A DNA stretch of 63,995 nucleotides, the filler included, from Gonapodya sp. JEL0774 (Eukaryota), in NCBI GenBank assembly GCA_027604505.1. It is 7 parts of 7 records of this genome, joined end to end, with 100 filler letters (N's around TTAATTAATTAA, not from the genome) between each part and the next. Parts side by side here need not be neighbours in the genome. Positions count along the whole stretch, not along the records: positions 37,057 to 46,158 come from JADIIX010000424.1; positions 46,259 to 55,279 come from JADIIX010000425.1; 5 more parts are not named here. The stretch is one strand, 5' to 3'. The stretch's first letter is position 1, and each line of letters opens with the position of its first letter. A program made the translations under genes and the position numbers. Below, in pieces: positions 40,325 through 52,842 of this stretch. The notes beneath the pieces are model-generated. The model was not told where the DNA came from, made no database searches, and was given only the letters and a program-made list of their open reading frames with translations.

Positions 40325-43300
40325 GTGTTGAACAAAGAAGCGGTGGACAAAGCACTGTCCCAGGCGAACTCCAAACCATCACCGTCAAAACCCATGCCAC
40401 CAAAACGGCACAACCGCCAACTCCCAAAGAATACAGCTAACCGTGAGGTCAGCGATGTGGCTACTGCAAACCGAAGAAGTGAAGCAGTGCAAGCTGTTCA
40501 TCGGTCGGCGCATGACATGACGAAAGTGAGCAAAACATTAGACGGCCCGTTCGCACTTGAGCCTGGAGCATTTCGTGTATATCTAGGACGCAAATCAATC
40601 CCGTTTGGCAACAGCCTCCCAGTCGGGCAGTGGGGCCAACTCCAAGAAGGTGAGCAACACGTTGTAGTAAGGAGGGAGCTTCCTTTCATGGAGAGCTTCA
40701 ATTCTGCTGATTTCACAGGGCGCTACTGAAACAGAAGTACAGAGCAGCAAACTGCCTCGCTCGGATCTGCCTTGGCGGAACACCACCCGCGCATCGGCAA
40801 TCGTGGGACCCACCACATTGGTCGAAACGCCCAACACTTCTGGCAGTTGTTCGGTACGGAAACGGCAGACTTTTCTGAGATATAGAGACTCGCTGACTTG
40901 TGGAGAGTTTCTTTCCTACTCACAGGTTTTACTTGCTGGCGGGGAGAGCTCAAGATCTGATGTGGTTGGCAGTACCGAAGTGGGGCACGCGAATACCCCA
41001 AGCAGGCCAGGCAGCGTCAGTAAAAATGAGCCACTTGATTCTAATGAACGAGCAACAGTTGCGACAGGGATTGCCACCTCGGCGGCAAAGTCGTCTGGTC
41101 CATCTCCAGATTCCAATCTCGGCAGGGCAACTCTGCACCCCCATGTAGCGACACATGCCCACGTCTCTATCGCCGACGGGAACACTACCGGGGCGCCAAG
41201 ATTGGCTGAAGAGCCCATGTCTCGGCGAAGCCGTCGAGTTGGAAACCAGGGGATCGAATTCCCGCTCAGCGAAGATATCAACAAGCTCACTCGGCGTGTT
41301 CCTAGGCGTCCACGTGACCCCGTCACCAGTGCTCATGGTGATGCACATGCTACCCATGAGGCGCTCCAACTGAGTCCTGATGTAAACCGAGCTCCACAGA
41401 CAGGCGAAAGTGCGCATCAGGGCGATCCCCGTGCTGGTCAAAGCACCTGTGGAACTAGTACTGTTGCTGAACTACCCCCAAACAGTGAGTACTGATTCGC
41501 TGAAGCTCCGTCATATTCTGCTATCTGGGCAAAGTTTGTTGATATCTACCCCTCAATGTCTAGGTGCTGCCTGCCATCGTATGACTGAAGCAAGCGCCCA
41601 TTATATTGGTTAGTGTGATGCTATTTTCGTCTGACAAAGTTGTCGGAACATGGACCTTCTAACTTGATGGCGCGCTCAGCATCCACCTCAGCATCCACAC
41701 ATGATTTGCCGAAATTCGTCAGAGCGACAGCGAATGTCGAAATTGGCGTCTCTTCTGCGCCAATACATTTGAAATCAAGCAGCAAAGCCATTGCAATTGA
41801 TCGTGAGTGTGATCTGGAATGATATAAGCAAGCTAGTCAAACCGTTTGCTCACAAGTAAGCATCGATCCACTGGAAGGTTCCTCAACTACAAGCGTGAAG
41901 TCGTCAACCTCAAGCGGTGCAACGACGCCCTTGATATCAATAAACGCTTCCAAGAAGAAAACACCCATGGCCGGGAAGTCGACCTCAGGATCGGATTCGC
42001 CACCTGCAGCAGATCACCGTAAAGCGGCCGTGACAGCGACCACACATTCACAACAAGTACACTCTACAATATTCAAAGTTGAAGGACCTTCACCCGAACC
42101 CCAAGCAAAATGTCAAACGATTCACGTGTTTGAAAACAACCATGAAACGTGGGTGTGAATCTTTGCATTGTGGAATCGAGCCCCGTGACTTCACAAAGCA
42201 TAGTATTAACGCTTCCACCCTCCCTTTAGCCCTGCGATTCCTCAACCTGGTCATTGCTCCATTTCAGTTCGTCGCACAACTGCGAAAATTGCAACAGTCA
42301 CCCCAGATCTGAACGACGAAATATCAAACAACACCGAAGTAGGGTTTGCAAGAGGGTCAGAGGGTGGTGAGCATGCGAACGATGGAAACCACAAAACCCC
42401 CGAATCTCGAGCCGCATCTCGAGTGTCCGTTGGCCGAGGACTTGGAGCAGCGAACATTGGATTCATCAAGAACAACTTTCGAGTCATCCGTCACCTTGGA
42501 ACCGGCGGATCAGGCACCGTGGTGGCAGCTGAGCATGTGATCAGCGGTATGACCGTCGAAGAAGTCGCCTTGAAGATTGTGGGAGTCGGAGATGATAGAG
42601 AGAGCTTGACAAAAGTCATCAAAGAGATCAGTGTTCTGCGGCGAATGAAGTGAGTTCCTGAATTTAATTCCGTCATTTATAACCATTTGGCACAATCGTT
42701 TCACTATGGTTGATTGTCACTTCCCTTGCACTAAGCCATCCCAATGTGCTAACGTACAAAATCTCATGGCTTGAGGATGAATATAGCATTGGAGATCGTG
42801 GTCAGTGCTCCACCTTGTTAACATGGAAATTTCTATATTCTGTTTTGTATTCATAGCTTCATTTTCAGGTGCGCGGACAAGAGTTGCGGTAATTGGTCAA
42901 CAACTTGCAAATGGAGGATCGCTTGAAAACTACATATTTCAAGGTGTAGTTGAAGGCCTTCAGCGTCGGCAGGCTTTCCAAGCGCAACGGCAACCCGAAT
43001 ACAGAGATCCGCGTGTGCATGGCGGCGGCGTTTATGTGGACCTCACTTCAGGTCAACGAACGCGTATTTTCTCGGCGAGAGAAATTGTACGTTGCCTCAC
43101 ACTCATGGCAGCTGCAATCTGTTATGTCCACAGTCGAGGAATTGTTCACCTGGATCTGAAACCAGGAAACTTCCTGCTCCATTTTCAGCAAGGGCCACCA
43201 AAAGATTTGGCTGCTGAGTGGAGTGATCAAGCATCCACTCCGATGGTCTTGCTTGCAGACTTTGGTGAAGCGGAGACCCTTCCGAAGACCTTGACCAACA

Positions 43301-43767
43301 AACCTGGCACTCTCGAATACATGCCACCCGAGCTACTTTCTGGAAGCAAAATTGCAGCTGACCCCAGTATGGATATGTGGAGTTTGGGCATTGACGCGTA
43401 TCAAGTTTCCTACAATGGGAACCTTCCGTGGCAGAACTCTGGGAGCGAGGACCCCGATGCCTTAAGAACCGAGATTGCTTCTTTGAAAGTTGATAGGTGA
43501 GCAACCTAAAAGTGCTTTGGCAGGTTCTCGTTTGTTGTTAATTTTGCACATCACGTATTTTATTGTTGTTTTTTCTTCGGACTTTCTCCCAGTATCACGT
43601 TTCCACATGACGCTGGTTCTGAACCCCGCGTACCATGGCAAGTTAAACACGTGATTACTCGCCTTCTCTCACTTGACCCTGCCAAGCGACCGTCATCGAG
43701 GGAGGTCCTGACCGAGCTCAAGTCGTTGTGTACGTTGTTCAACATGTCTGCATCTGGCTCATCGTAA
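40325..43767 (+). CDS. IKS1-like Ser/Thr protein kinase (kinase domain ~42450-43767) preceded by long low-complexity exons; 5' structure uncertain
   Basis: GFIKNNFRVIRHLGTGGSGTVVAAEHVISG..ALKIVGVGDD..KVIKEISVL, HPNVLTYKISWLED, HLDLKPGN, LADFGEA, GTLEYMPPE, DMWSLG, LDPAKRPS. The VGDD, WLED and DFGE pattern resembles fungal IKS1. Confidence 0.8.
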
Positions 43768-45443
43768 AAGTAGCCACCTCACTGGTGCATCCTTCACGCC
43801 AGTCAGAGTACAAATTTGTGAGATCAAATTACATAACAAATTTAATTGCTACATCGTAATCAACAATTGACACCTAATCACATTGCGTTGTTTGATAACG
43901 ACACTTGATCGTCTCACCACTTGTGATGATCAGCTGATTGTCTACCTGTGCGATGGAAAGAGTGTAAGCTTCCTCATGCGTCTTAACGTGCTTTCTTGGT
44001 GTTGGGGGCGGTTGCGACGTATCTGTATTGTTCTCAATCACGGCTGCTTTCGGCGACACAAAATATAAATCAAACCGCTTAACCGCAGACACCAAATTTC
44101 GCCGCCGCAAGTGATTTTTTATCTGCCTCTTCCACCTCGCTCAGATTCTCCCACTCAATCTACTGCTTACCTCGTGAGCTATTTTGATTCTTCCTTCTTG
44201 CGCTTATAGATCTTGCAACCGTCACCAACCTATCGTGTGGTGGTTGTTGGTAAGAGTGGACGCAATGTCGTTCATTGGACACCGTGGTGAGTGTGGGTGG
44301 GTGGGTGACCAAATGGAGGGAGACCGTGCACCATCGATCTGCCTCTCGTTACACTTGGCCTCACCTGCAATCTGCACACGGGTCTTGTACCAATGACACT
44401 CGGCACACCGTTACCCGGTTTTAGACACTCGTGTCAGGGATATTCGAGCAAGTCCGTCTTCAATGCCAATCTTCACGGCACCCGGCATATCCAGACGTCC
44501 GGCGGAAACCGTCCCCGCAATTCAAGAAGGTCTGATTTGCATATTGCATGCGCGCTCGATCATGATTATGAATTGTTTCTCTCTATTGGTCTTCAGTGGG
44601 CCACCGACTATCCCAACGACTGCGTGCCGAGAACGAGGGAGGACTTGAAGTTGGACAACGTCAGACGAAATGGGAGCCAGCCGCAATAAGGCGACAGCAT
44701 CGAATGGCTATGCAACGGGATGAAGGGGTGCCGATGAAGTTGTCGAAATCTCAGAGACGTCAAATTGCAGCAACACGACCGGAAGTAGGGTCACGACGAC
44801 ACCAACGGCAGGCGAGACTTGAGGAGGAGGCCAGGTGGAGAAATCCTCACGTTGAAATTCGACAAGATGAACCCTTACATACCTGCTACGACGAAAAATT
44901 GAGAATAAGAGGTTTTGATATACTTTTGGAAAGACGCAATCACGTGGAGAAACAAAGCGGAGATCGCTTTTGAGCGCAAGAAAGCGCGGCAGACGAAACA
45001 AAAGGAGCAGCCGATTGCAGCATGGCAAGATTGGACGCAAATATACTCCAATGCAGCCGAGGAGCTCCTTGACGGTGGCAACGGTCAATTCCCGTTCCCA
45101 CATGATGCACTTTCTGAAGCTCGTGTCGAGTCGGAGCGCGTTGCAGCATAAGACGCCGCGGAGCTTTTGCGCTTGATTGAGGAACTGGAAGCCACTGAAA
45201 CGTTGATTGAGGCAGAAGAATTGCGAGCTTCGTGGTTCCAAATAGAGACTTGAGCTTGCAGCAAGTTCAAGCAAATCACTGAAGCTCGGTTCGAACATCC
45301 ACACCTTATTCCTGCGGAGCGGATAAGGAATCCGGCAGGGGCAGTGTTCAGAGAGGCGTTGCGATTTCAAGACAGTCCGAAATTCACGTGAATGGTGGTC
45401 GGATGTCGAGGAAGAGTCCGATCTCGAGCGAACGGTGAGCAAC

Positions 45444-45925
45444 ACACGGAGACTTGCTTTTGGGGATGCCGGACACGTGAGTGGACGTGTTCGAGTCGGA
45501 ACGGTCGCGACTTGTGCTCACCTGCGTTTTTGTTGATCACTTGTACATAGAGGTGCTGCGGCTTCCCCACGGTCCGAGCCTGGCTCGAATAGGAGCCAGA
45601 CGTTGAGGAAACGGGTGACTTTGAGTGAACAGCCGACACGTAGAGGCTGGCTTTTTGGGGTAGCGGACACGTGGGTGGACGTGCTCGAGTCGGAACGGTC
45701 CCGATTGTGGTCAATTCGTCAAACCTATTTCTCATGAGGCCACACAGTCGGGATACACCAATCAAGGAGGAGAGCAGATCCCCAAAACCCTGCCTCAACT
45801 CATCGATAGTGGATTTGTCAAGCCCCGCAATCGGATAGGGGAGACAGGGCGGATCTGAAAGCCAGTCCGTTTGGGACGCCCTTTTCCAAAGACAGGACGG
45901 ATCTGAACGCCAGTCCGTTTGGAAC
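45444..45925. repeat. Two short direct-repeat pairs: ~77 bp (45444-45520 and 45636-45713) and ~34 bp (about 45842-45875 and 45891-45924)
   Basis: cggacacgtg.gtggacgtg.tcgagtcggaacggtc twice; gacagg.cggatctgaa.gccagtccgtttgg.a twice. Confidence 0.75.
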
Positions 45926-46158
45926 ACTATTTTCCGATGACTTGTGAGTGAAGTTATTGTATTTATAGATAATTGGTACATACAGTTACTGACTTGAAAC
46001 GTGACTGATTGCGCTTGCAACTTGTAACCGTGCAGGTGTAGCCCTCTGTTACCCCTTCGGTGACACGACAGGGCGGGGGTAAAGACTCCAACACACTATG
46101 AAACGCCGAGATCCACCACGGCGATTTCATCCGCATACCAACTGGTATCTGGACGGTA

Positions 46159-46258
46159 NNNNNNNNNNNNNNNNNNNNNNNNNNNNNNNNNNNNNNNNNN
46201 NNTTAATTAATTAANNNNNNNNNNNNNNNNNNNNNNNNNNNNNNNNNNNNNNNNNNNN
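46159..46258. other. Artificial scaffold linker
   Basis: N-TTAATTAATTAA-N. Confidence 0.97.
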
Positions 46259-46455
46259 GAGTGTTTTTTGTGCAGAATGGTGGAGCGGTGAAGGCGGGCA
46301 GGGTGGGAGTCTGACGAGCGATCGTCGGACGAGTCGGAGGACGATATAAGGATGGGATCGGGAATGGAAGTCGGTGGAGCGAAGGAGGAGGAGAGGGCGG
46401 GTTGCAGTTGGAGTGCAGGAGAGGGAGGGGCGGGAGGTCTGTCGAAATGGGACAT
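46259..46455 (-). CDS. 5' start of an unidentified Pro/Ser-rich protein, truncated by scaffold edge
   Basis: ATG at 46455, MSHFDRPPAPPSP..., open to the linker. Confidence 0.35.
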
Positions 46456-49004
46456 GAAGTTGGAGTTGGATGTAGCGTGGGTATGACGTGTATAAAGAAT
46501 ATAGAGAGTGTTGGGGTGTTCAGATTGGACTGAATTGGAGTTGAGATGAATCGGGTGAGTTCAACGTCAGTTCAACATGAGATTGCGAGTGGATTCACGA
46601 CCGCATACACAGCTGAAACTGCGTACGAGTGTGGAGGACTTGGAATCGGACTCTCCGTCCACCCAACATAAACAGTCACCACTTGTTCGTCTCCGAAACC
46701 GATTCCCAGCGTCTCCCGCTTTCGCCGCTGGCACGCAAAATTTTAATGCCCTCACTTGACGACATTCATCGGCCCATTCTCGGACATGCTGCTTCGGACG
46801 CTGACGTTACCCGCCGTCCCAATCAACGTGATCTCCACCCGCACAGGCGCCCTCCGTCTCCGTCGCCAGACACTCTGCCCATGTTCCCCCCTGCTCACCT
46901 TCCCGGGTGTCCTGTCCGTTATGCTCGACCCCTGTGTCTGCTTCTATACTCCGCAAAACAGGGTTGACGTGATGGGTTTCTGTCGGGGTTTGAGCATCCA
47001 AGATCCACAGATCCATTGATCCACCGCCCTCCAAGGCCTCCTACCCTGCTGCCCTGCACACCCTGAACACACGAATCGGACACTTTTTCATTTCTTTTCC
47101 TGCGTTTCGAGTGCTCAAACTGTCTCTGTTCTACTTAATCTGGTAGTTTCTGCCTTTCGATGGAGCCGATCAGCGCCAGAACGAGTTCTGCATTCTCATC
47201 TCCTCCACATACGGAGAACGGAAAAGAGATCTCGAATCTCATTCAGCGTCCCATTACCCCACGTCTTTATTTTCTGCATTCCTGCCCCCGTTTGCTCTTC
47301 TTGTCGCTCTCCGTTCATTCCGCCCCATCCCACACCCCTTAGACCCCTGGGAACCGACCAAGCTCCCCTTGGGACAAACCTAAACAGCATTTTGCATGAA
47401 CCATCATGATTCAACAGAGTCGCACCAACTCCGCAAGTTTTCACGATATCATCACACCGAAAGTTCGATTTTATGCGCATTCTTTCTCGTTCGTGTTTGA
47501 GAGAATTTGAAATGGTCCGATCGCTTGTGCCAGATAGAGCACCCTGTGTGTCTCTTCCCATCGGATCAAAACGGAGCACCAAAACCTGAGCGCTCAGTTG
47601 GGATGGAATCGAGTCCGGAATATTCCGGTTTGGTTCCAAAGAGTTTTCTCCTGTGCCGCCCATTCCGCTCTTCTCTTCCTCCAGCCTTTCCACAACATCC
47701 TATGCTTTGTACGAACACTCTTTCTCCCGCTCAAACAGAGTAATCAACCTGCCATAACAGGAGATTACGTGGAGATGCTATACCATACCGTCTTTACTAG
47801 ACGTACCGCTACTCCTGCTTCGATTGGTGCCGTATGGAAGAGTTGTAGTCGTACAACAACTGCATGTAGTCATAGAAGGTACTCAGCGTAATCCAATACA
47901 TTGCCGTGACCGCAACTTGGTGCGCGCTGAACGATGAACGAGAAGAAGATGTGCATTTGGCTTATTCACATCGTTCCCGAGGGCAAATGATGTACTTCAC
48001 GATCGGTCCGGCAAAATGGCCATCCCCATATTGGTCGGCACTCTGGAACAAATTCCACCGTAAAGTTTAATCATGTAGTAAAGTACTCGGTGTAAAAACT
48101 ATCCCGACTGCCACAGCGTGCAGTTGTCGTAATAATATGAGGACTCAGCTGTTCACCTTGCCTTGAGAGAATATACTGTCACAACTGTCATACGGAAGGA
48201 AACGTAAACGCAAGCACACACGAAGCTTGAATGAATCTTGTGTGGGACTTGAGTACTGTTGAAGATGTCCATTCTCTTTTGTCCACCTGAAAGGACACCG
48301 TGACATGGCATGTGTGGCCAACCACATTTGACCCAGCAACCCAGTCCCCTATATCCAATTCCAATTCCCACTCCATCAACCCTCGCCCGCTTTCCTTCTC
48401 TCCTCCCCATTGTATCCCTCGTCGACTCCTTGTCATGATTGCTTCCTCCTCGTTCCTGCGACTCGCTCATTCTCCTGAACTTTGTTTCCATCCAAACAAA
48501 ACCGAGCGCGAGTAATGAGCTTTCGCGGGCTTAGGGGCAGTTGCGACGTCAATATATTATCTTCAATCACTCAGTCGCTGTGCACTACTGTGGTCACTAC
48601 TGCTGCACTCTTGCCCTACGCTCCAAGTCCAATTGCTCACTACATAACTCCACAACCAGGAACGCTAGAGAGATCATTCAAGTACCAAAACGCATCTACT
48701 CTTCAAGACAGTTACAATGCGCCTATCGGCGTCTTTAGATCACAGTCTGTTGTTGAGCTATTCAACATCCAAACTCCACCGTCCCCCCTCCCCTACATCC
48801 TTTTTTTACCCTGCCCCAAGAACATTTTGTTTTGACATATTTTCGCTTTGCCGCTTACGTGTTTCTTTTCTGGACAGCCCTGTTATTTCATGTTTCCTTA
48901 CATATCTGTACGTACCCTCTAGACCCAACACGAACTTCTCCCATTTATCTTTTGCTCTCAATGGTGTATGAGGATGTATTGATAATTCTACATGTATATT
49001 TACT

Positions 49005-52000
49005 TCACTCATCCTTTGCCTGTACATTGACGTAGTATTTTTCAATGAAGCGTCGAGTTCGAGGGGTTAGGCAGGAAGACCTACGTGCTACTCTCTTCCC
49101 CTTGCGGTCCGATGCCCCCTCTTCTATATTGTCCTCAGTGTTGCCCTTGTCTCGTAAACGCTTTGCAGAGCGAGTCTCGATGACACCAGTCTTGAGTGGG
49201 GTTGCCGATTGACGAGGTGTGGGTGGTCTCAACTTGAGGCGTGGAGGGTGAATGTTCTCTTTACCTGACCACACATCTATAGACTTCAAGGTAGTGTAGT
49301 CAATGTACCTAAATGACAAAGTTTACAAGCAGTTCGTAGGATGAAAGAGTTGAAAGCTTACTTAGCAGCCAGAGACCCCTTCTCTTCAACAAACGTTTGA
49401 TGCAGCGACATAAGGCGTGTCAAAGCAGATCCAGCTACATCAGTGAGGGATTTAATCCCGATGTACTTGCAATTGGTCAACAGGGCAGCAACTCCAAATC
49501 CTGCTGCTCCACAACCGAGGTCAATGATGAGCTCTTCCTTTTTGGTAAGCTGGTTGAGGACGTAGGCAGCGGTGGTGATGGGCACTTGCATGTCAGGGTC
49601 GCCCTATAAAATGAAGATGGGAGTAAGTTCTATGATGACTGACAAAACACAAAACTCACCGCCAATCTCAAAGAATCATCCATTCCTTTGGAGGGAGGGA
49701 GCTGACCCACAAATGGTGCCTCCACTTTAAAGCTAGTTGCGCTTTGCAGAAAGCATTGCGCAACCACGAAGTAATGGAGTTTCTTCTTCTTGTTATCCAC
49801 CCATGCCGCAATGTCATCCGCAAAGAAGATTTTGCGGTTCTCGTACTCCAACTCGGAGAGGAAAACCTTCTGTGCCTCCGATAACGTGATCCACTTGGAA
49901 GTGTGCTGGAAGGGTACCAACCATATCTCAGTATTGTATAGGCAGTTTGTAAACATGAGACTCACCAGAACAATCCAACCTGTGCCAACTGCAAGTTTTC
50001 CCGCAAGGTCCAAGGCTGGCTTCACCTCGGACCCCACTCGGTCCAGATCAACCAGAACCATGGAGGCACTATTGAGGTGGGCGTGTAGAGGTTCGACGTT
50101 GTCACCAGCCGAATGTATTGGTGCACGAAGAATGACGGTCGGTGCGGGCTTGACCAATTCAAAAGGCATACAGAGTGGTGCCCTTGAAACCCAATTTGTG
50201 TCAAGAAATCAACGGTGAGAAGGCAGCATATGATAAATGACTTGCCTCGAGCTTTTGTCATCGTCTTTGTCGACCTTATCTCCGGATAGTTTTGACTTCG
50301 ATACGGAGGAGGCGTTTTTCTTGCGGGATTTGGTGGGCCCATCCATGTCCATATCCACACTGGCATCATCGTTGTCATCATCGGATTTCACCACCTGTAT
50401 GCCATCGTCGCCCTCTCGTCATCTACAATTTCTGGAGCACCTCCAAGCGCCATCTCATCATGAACTGTTGTTTCCTTGGGTTGGACACAAATGTGAGGGC
50501 AGGCTGGAGGGGAGACATCTTCGTTGAGGTCTGTGATCTCCTGCGCAGGAGGTTCCTTTGATGGTGATGGATTTTTTGCTGCTTCTATTGCGGCTCTGAG
50601 TTGATCAGGATTGTCGTCATACATCCCTATGAAGTGAAAAGTGTACGTTAGGTTTAAGTAGGAAAACTTAATGAAAGGTACGCACCATTCTCAATCTCCC
50701 CGAAAAGCCGGTCGAATTGCACTTGTGGAAGGCGTTCCGCGAGGACCAACTTGGTGTTCTCCAACGTCTCACGAAGGGCTTTCCTGCGCGTAAAGATTTC
50801 CAACCATGCTCTGGCTTGGGCCTCCGTCACACGGGAAGGTTGGCTGAGGAGGTAGTCTAGGTATTTGTGCTGGCAGCAAACAACTTACTGGTGTGAACTC
50901 TCATAAACAATTGCATTATTCACGTACCTGATCTTCCTCAGTCTTCAGCTCCCTTGTGGCAAAATTGGCGTGCATATTAATGAAACTGAGGAGACCAGTA
51001 TGGCGATGGTCGTAGATGCTGTTTTTGACCTAGTCGGATGATGATCTAGAATCAGTACGTGAGCGGAACAAATCATCAATTGCATAACGCACTGAATCAA
51101 AGAAATTCACGATCACCATGAGATTTCGAAGTGTGTTGACTTCTGTCCATTTCTCTCCTACAGCTCCTGTGTTTGGGAGGAGCTTTGCGATTGTGACAGG
51201 CTGAACGCTGTCCCGTTTGGTCCCAGGATTCCTTGCAATGTATGCATCGATCTTGTCTGACACATACTTCACCTGGTCAAACACATCCATAGCAATAGAG
51301 TGGCCATCTAAGTTGTTTGAGAGGAAGGCAAGCTTGCAAAGGACATCTGCTGGAGTGTCCCACTAAGGTAGAGATGTGAAGGTAACGTTTGTCGCATATG
51401 TGAGGTGAACAGTACACATACCCAGAGGGCTATAATCCATTGGTTGTGGCACTTTGAAGTGTCACCATCCTCTTCGTTTATCTTGACGGCCCCTTCCTGG
51501 CTGCATGTGCAAAACTTGACATTGACATCGAAACAAATCGCAAAATGTGGCAAGTACATACCGATGGAAACCATTAACAAGATCCGTTAGCTCGGTCTTT
51601 GCTTTCCGGAATAGCTCGCCAAGATTGGCGAATGCAGTACGCCCATAGTTCTTTTTCCACTCTGCCAGAAGAGGACGATTCTTCTCGGGACCATTGGTCC
51701 TCATGCGGCGCCTGATCCACGGTTGTATGTTAATCGTTCGTTCCATATAATTGCAAACACTAATACTCACACCAACTCTTTGTAAACAGGGTGCTTCTTC
51801 GACATCACGCGGATGTTTTTGAACTGCGATGTGTCAATCAACCGTGTTGGGATTTGGATACCTCAGTGAGCAGGCTCGGACCACGTCTCAATGTCATAGA
51901 AAGCGACTCGGCTACAAACAAAAACATTAGAATATATTCTGTTTTTATGTAACGATCCCTCACGATTCGATTCGACTACTTCCATGTCGGGGGTTTCACC

Positions 52001-52084
52001 GGGGTCTGTAACGTCTTCTGGTCCTCGACGCTTCTGGCGCATAGGTCCGTCTTGCGCAGGTTTGCGTTTAGGTGGCATTGGCAT
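49005..52084 (-). CDS. Multi-exon gene (probably slightly decayed): NLS-like start, ParB/Sulfiredoxin-like domain, helical region, acidic linker, beta-class N4C/N6A DNA methyltransferase-like domain, basic tail
   Basis: Manual splicing. Start MPMPPKRKP. ParB-like: IPTRLIDTSQFKNIR..KELVRRMRTNG..RPLLAEW..DLVNGFHRQEGA..LAFLSNNLD. MTase-like: IHSAGDNVEPL..NSASMVLVDLDR..LAVGTGWIVL and DPDMQVPITTAAYVLNQLTKKEELIIDLGCGAAGFGVAALLTNCKYIGIK..ALTRL. In-frame TGA at 51863-51865. Confidence 0.72.
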
Positions 52085-52255
52085 TTCTGCAGGGTGTAGA
52101 CTAGTTAGATTTTGGAACAAGACCCACGTAACTCATTCAATGCCACATCCTTCCTCCTTAGCGCTTCAGCAAACATGCTATTGCATGTTCTGTGCACTCC
52201 CTTGAGGATGTGACTTCATCTGCCGGACAAATTGATGCAAGATAACGAGAGACAA

Positions 52256-52842
52256 GAGTAGTCAAGTCGTCCGGCGGACGACTTCACGCTTGTGCAAGAA
52301 AGAGAGCGAGCGAGGTGTAATTTCGTCCGCTGGACGACTTAAAATTAGATAAGGAAAGTCGAGAGTAGTCAAGTTGTCCGTCAGACGACTTTTTCCACGA
52401 GGGGAGAAAGTCGTCCGCCAGACAACCTGACGCGTGAACCACAAAATCACCGAACCATGAGTAATTTGGTCCGCCGGACAACTTCAAACAAGAAAAAGAG
52501 AGTCTAGAGTAGTCAAGTCGTCCGTCAGACGACTCTTTCCACGAGGGGAGGAAGTCATCCGCCGGACGACCTGATGAGAGAACCACAAAATCACCAAACC
52601 ATGAGTAATTTCGTCCGCCGGACGACTTCAAACAAGAAAAAGAGAGTCGAGAGTAGTCAAGTTGTCTGTCGGACGACTTTTTCCATGAGGGGAGAAAGTC
52701 GTCCGCCAGACGACCTGATGCGAGAACCACAAAATCACCGAACCAGGAATAATTTTGTCCACCGGACGACTTCAAACAAGAAAAACAGAGTCAAGAGTAG
52801 TCAAGTCGTCTGTCGGACAACTTTTTCCACGAGTGGAGAAAG
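52256..52842. repeat. Higher-order tandem repeat with a 144-bp unit (~3.5 copies plus a partial), each unit carrying three AAGTCGTCC-NNN-GGACGACTT-like palindromes
   Basis: gagtagtcaagt anchors at about 52363, 52507, 52651 and 52795; palindrome spacing 37/56/51 bp. Confidence 0.92.

Noticed and set aside
46500..49000. Search for the left terminus (TIR) of the integrase element or additional cargo genes
   Set aside because: No convincing TIR or coding signal by eye; the other end is missing from the scaffold, so a TIR cannot be paired.
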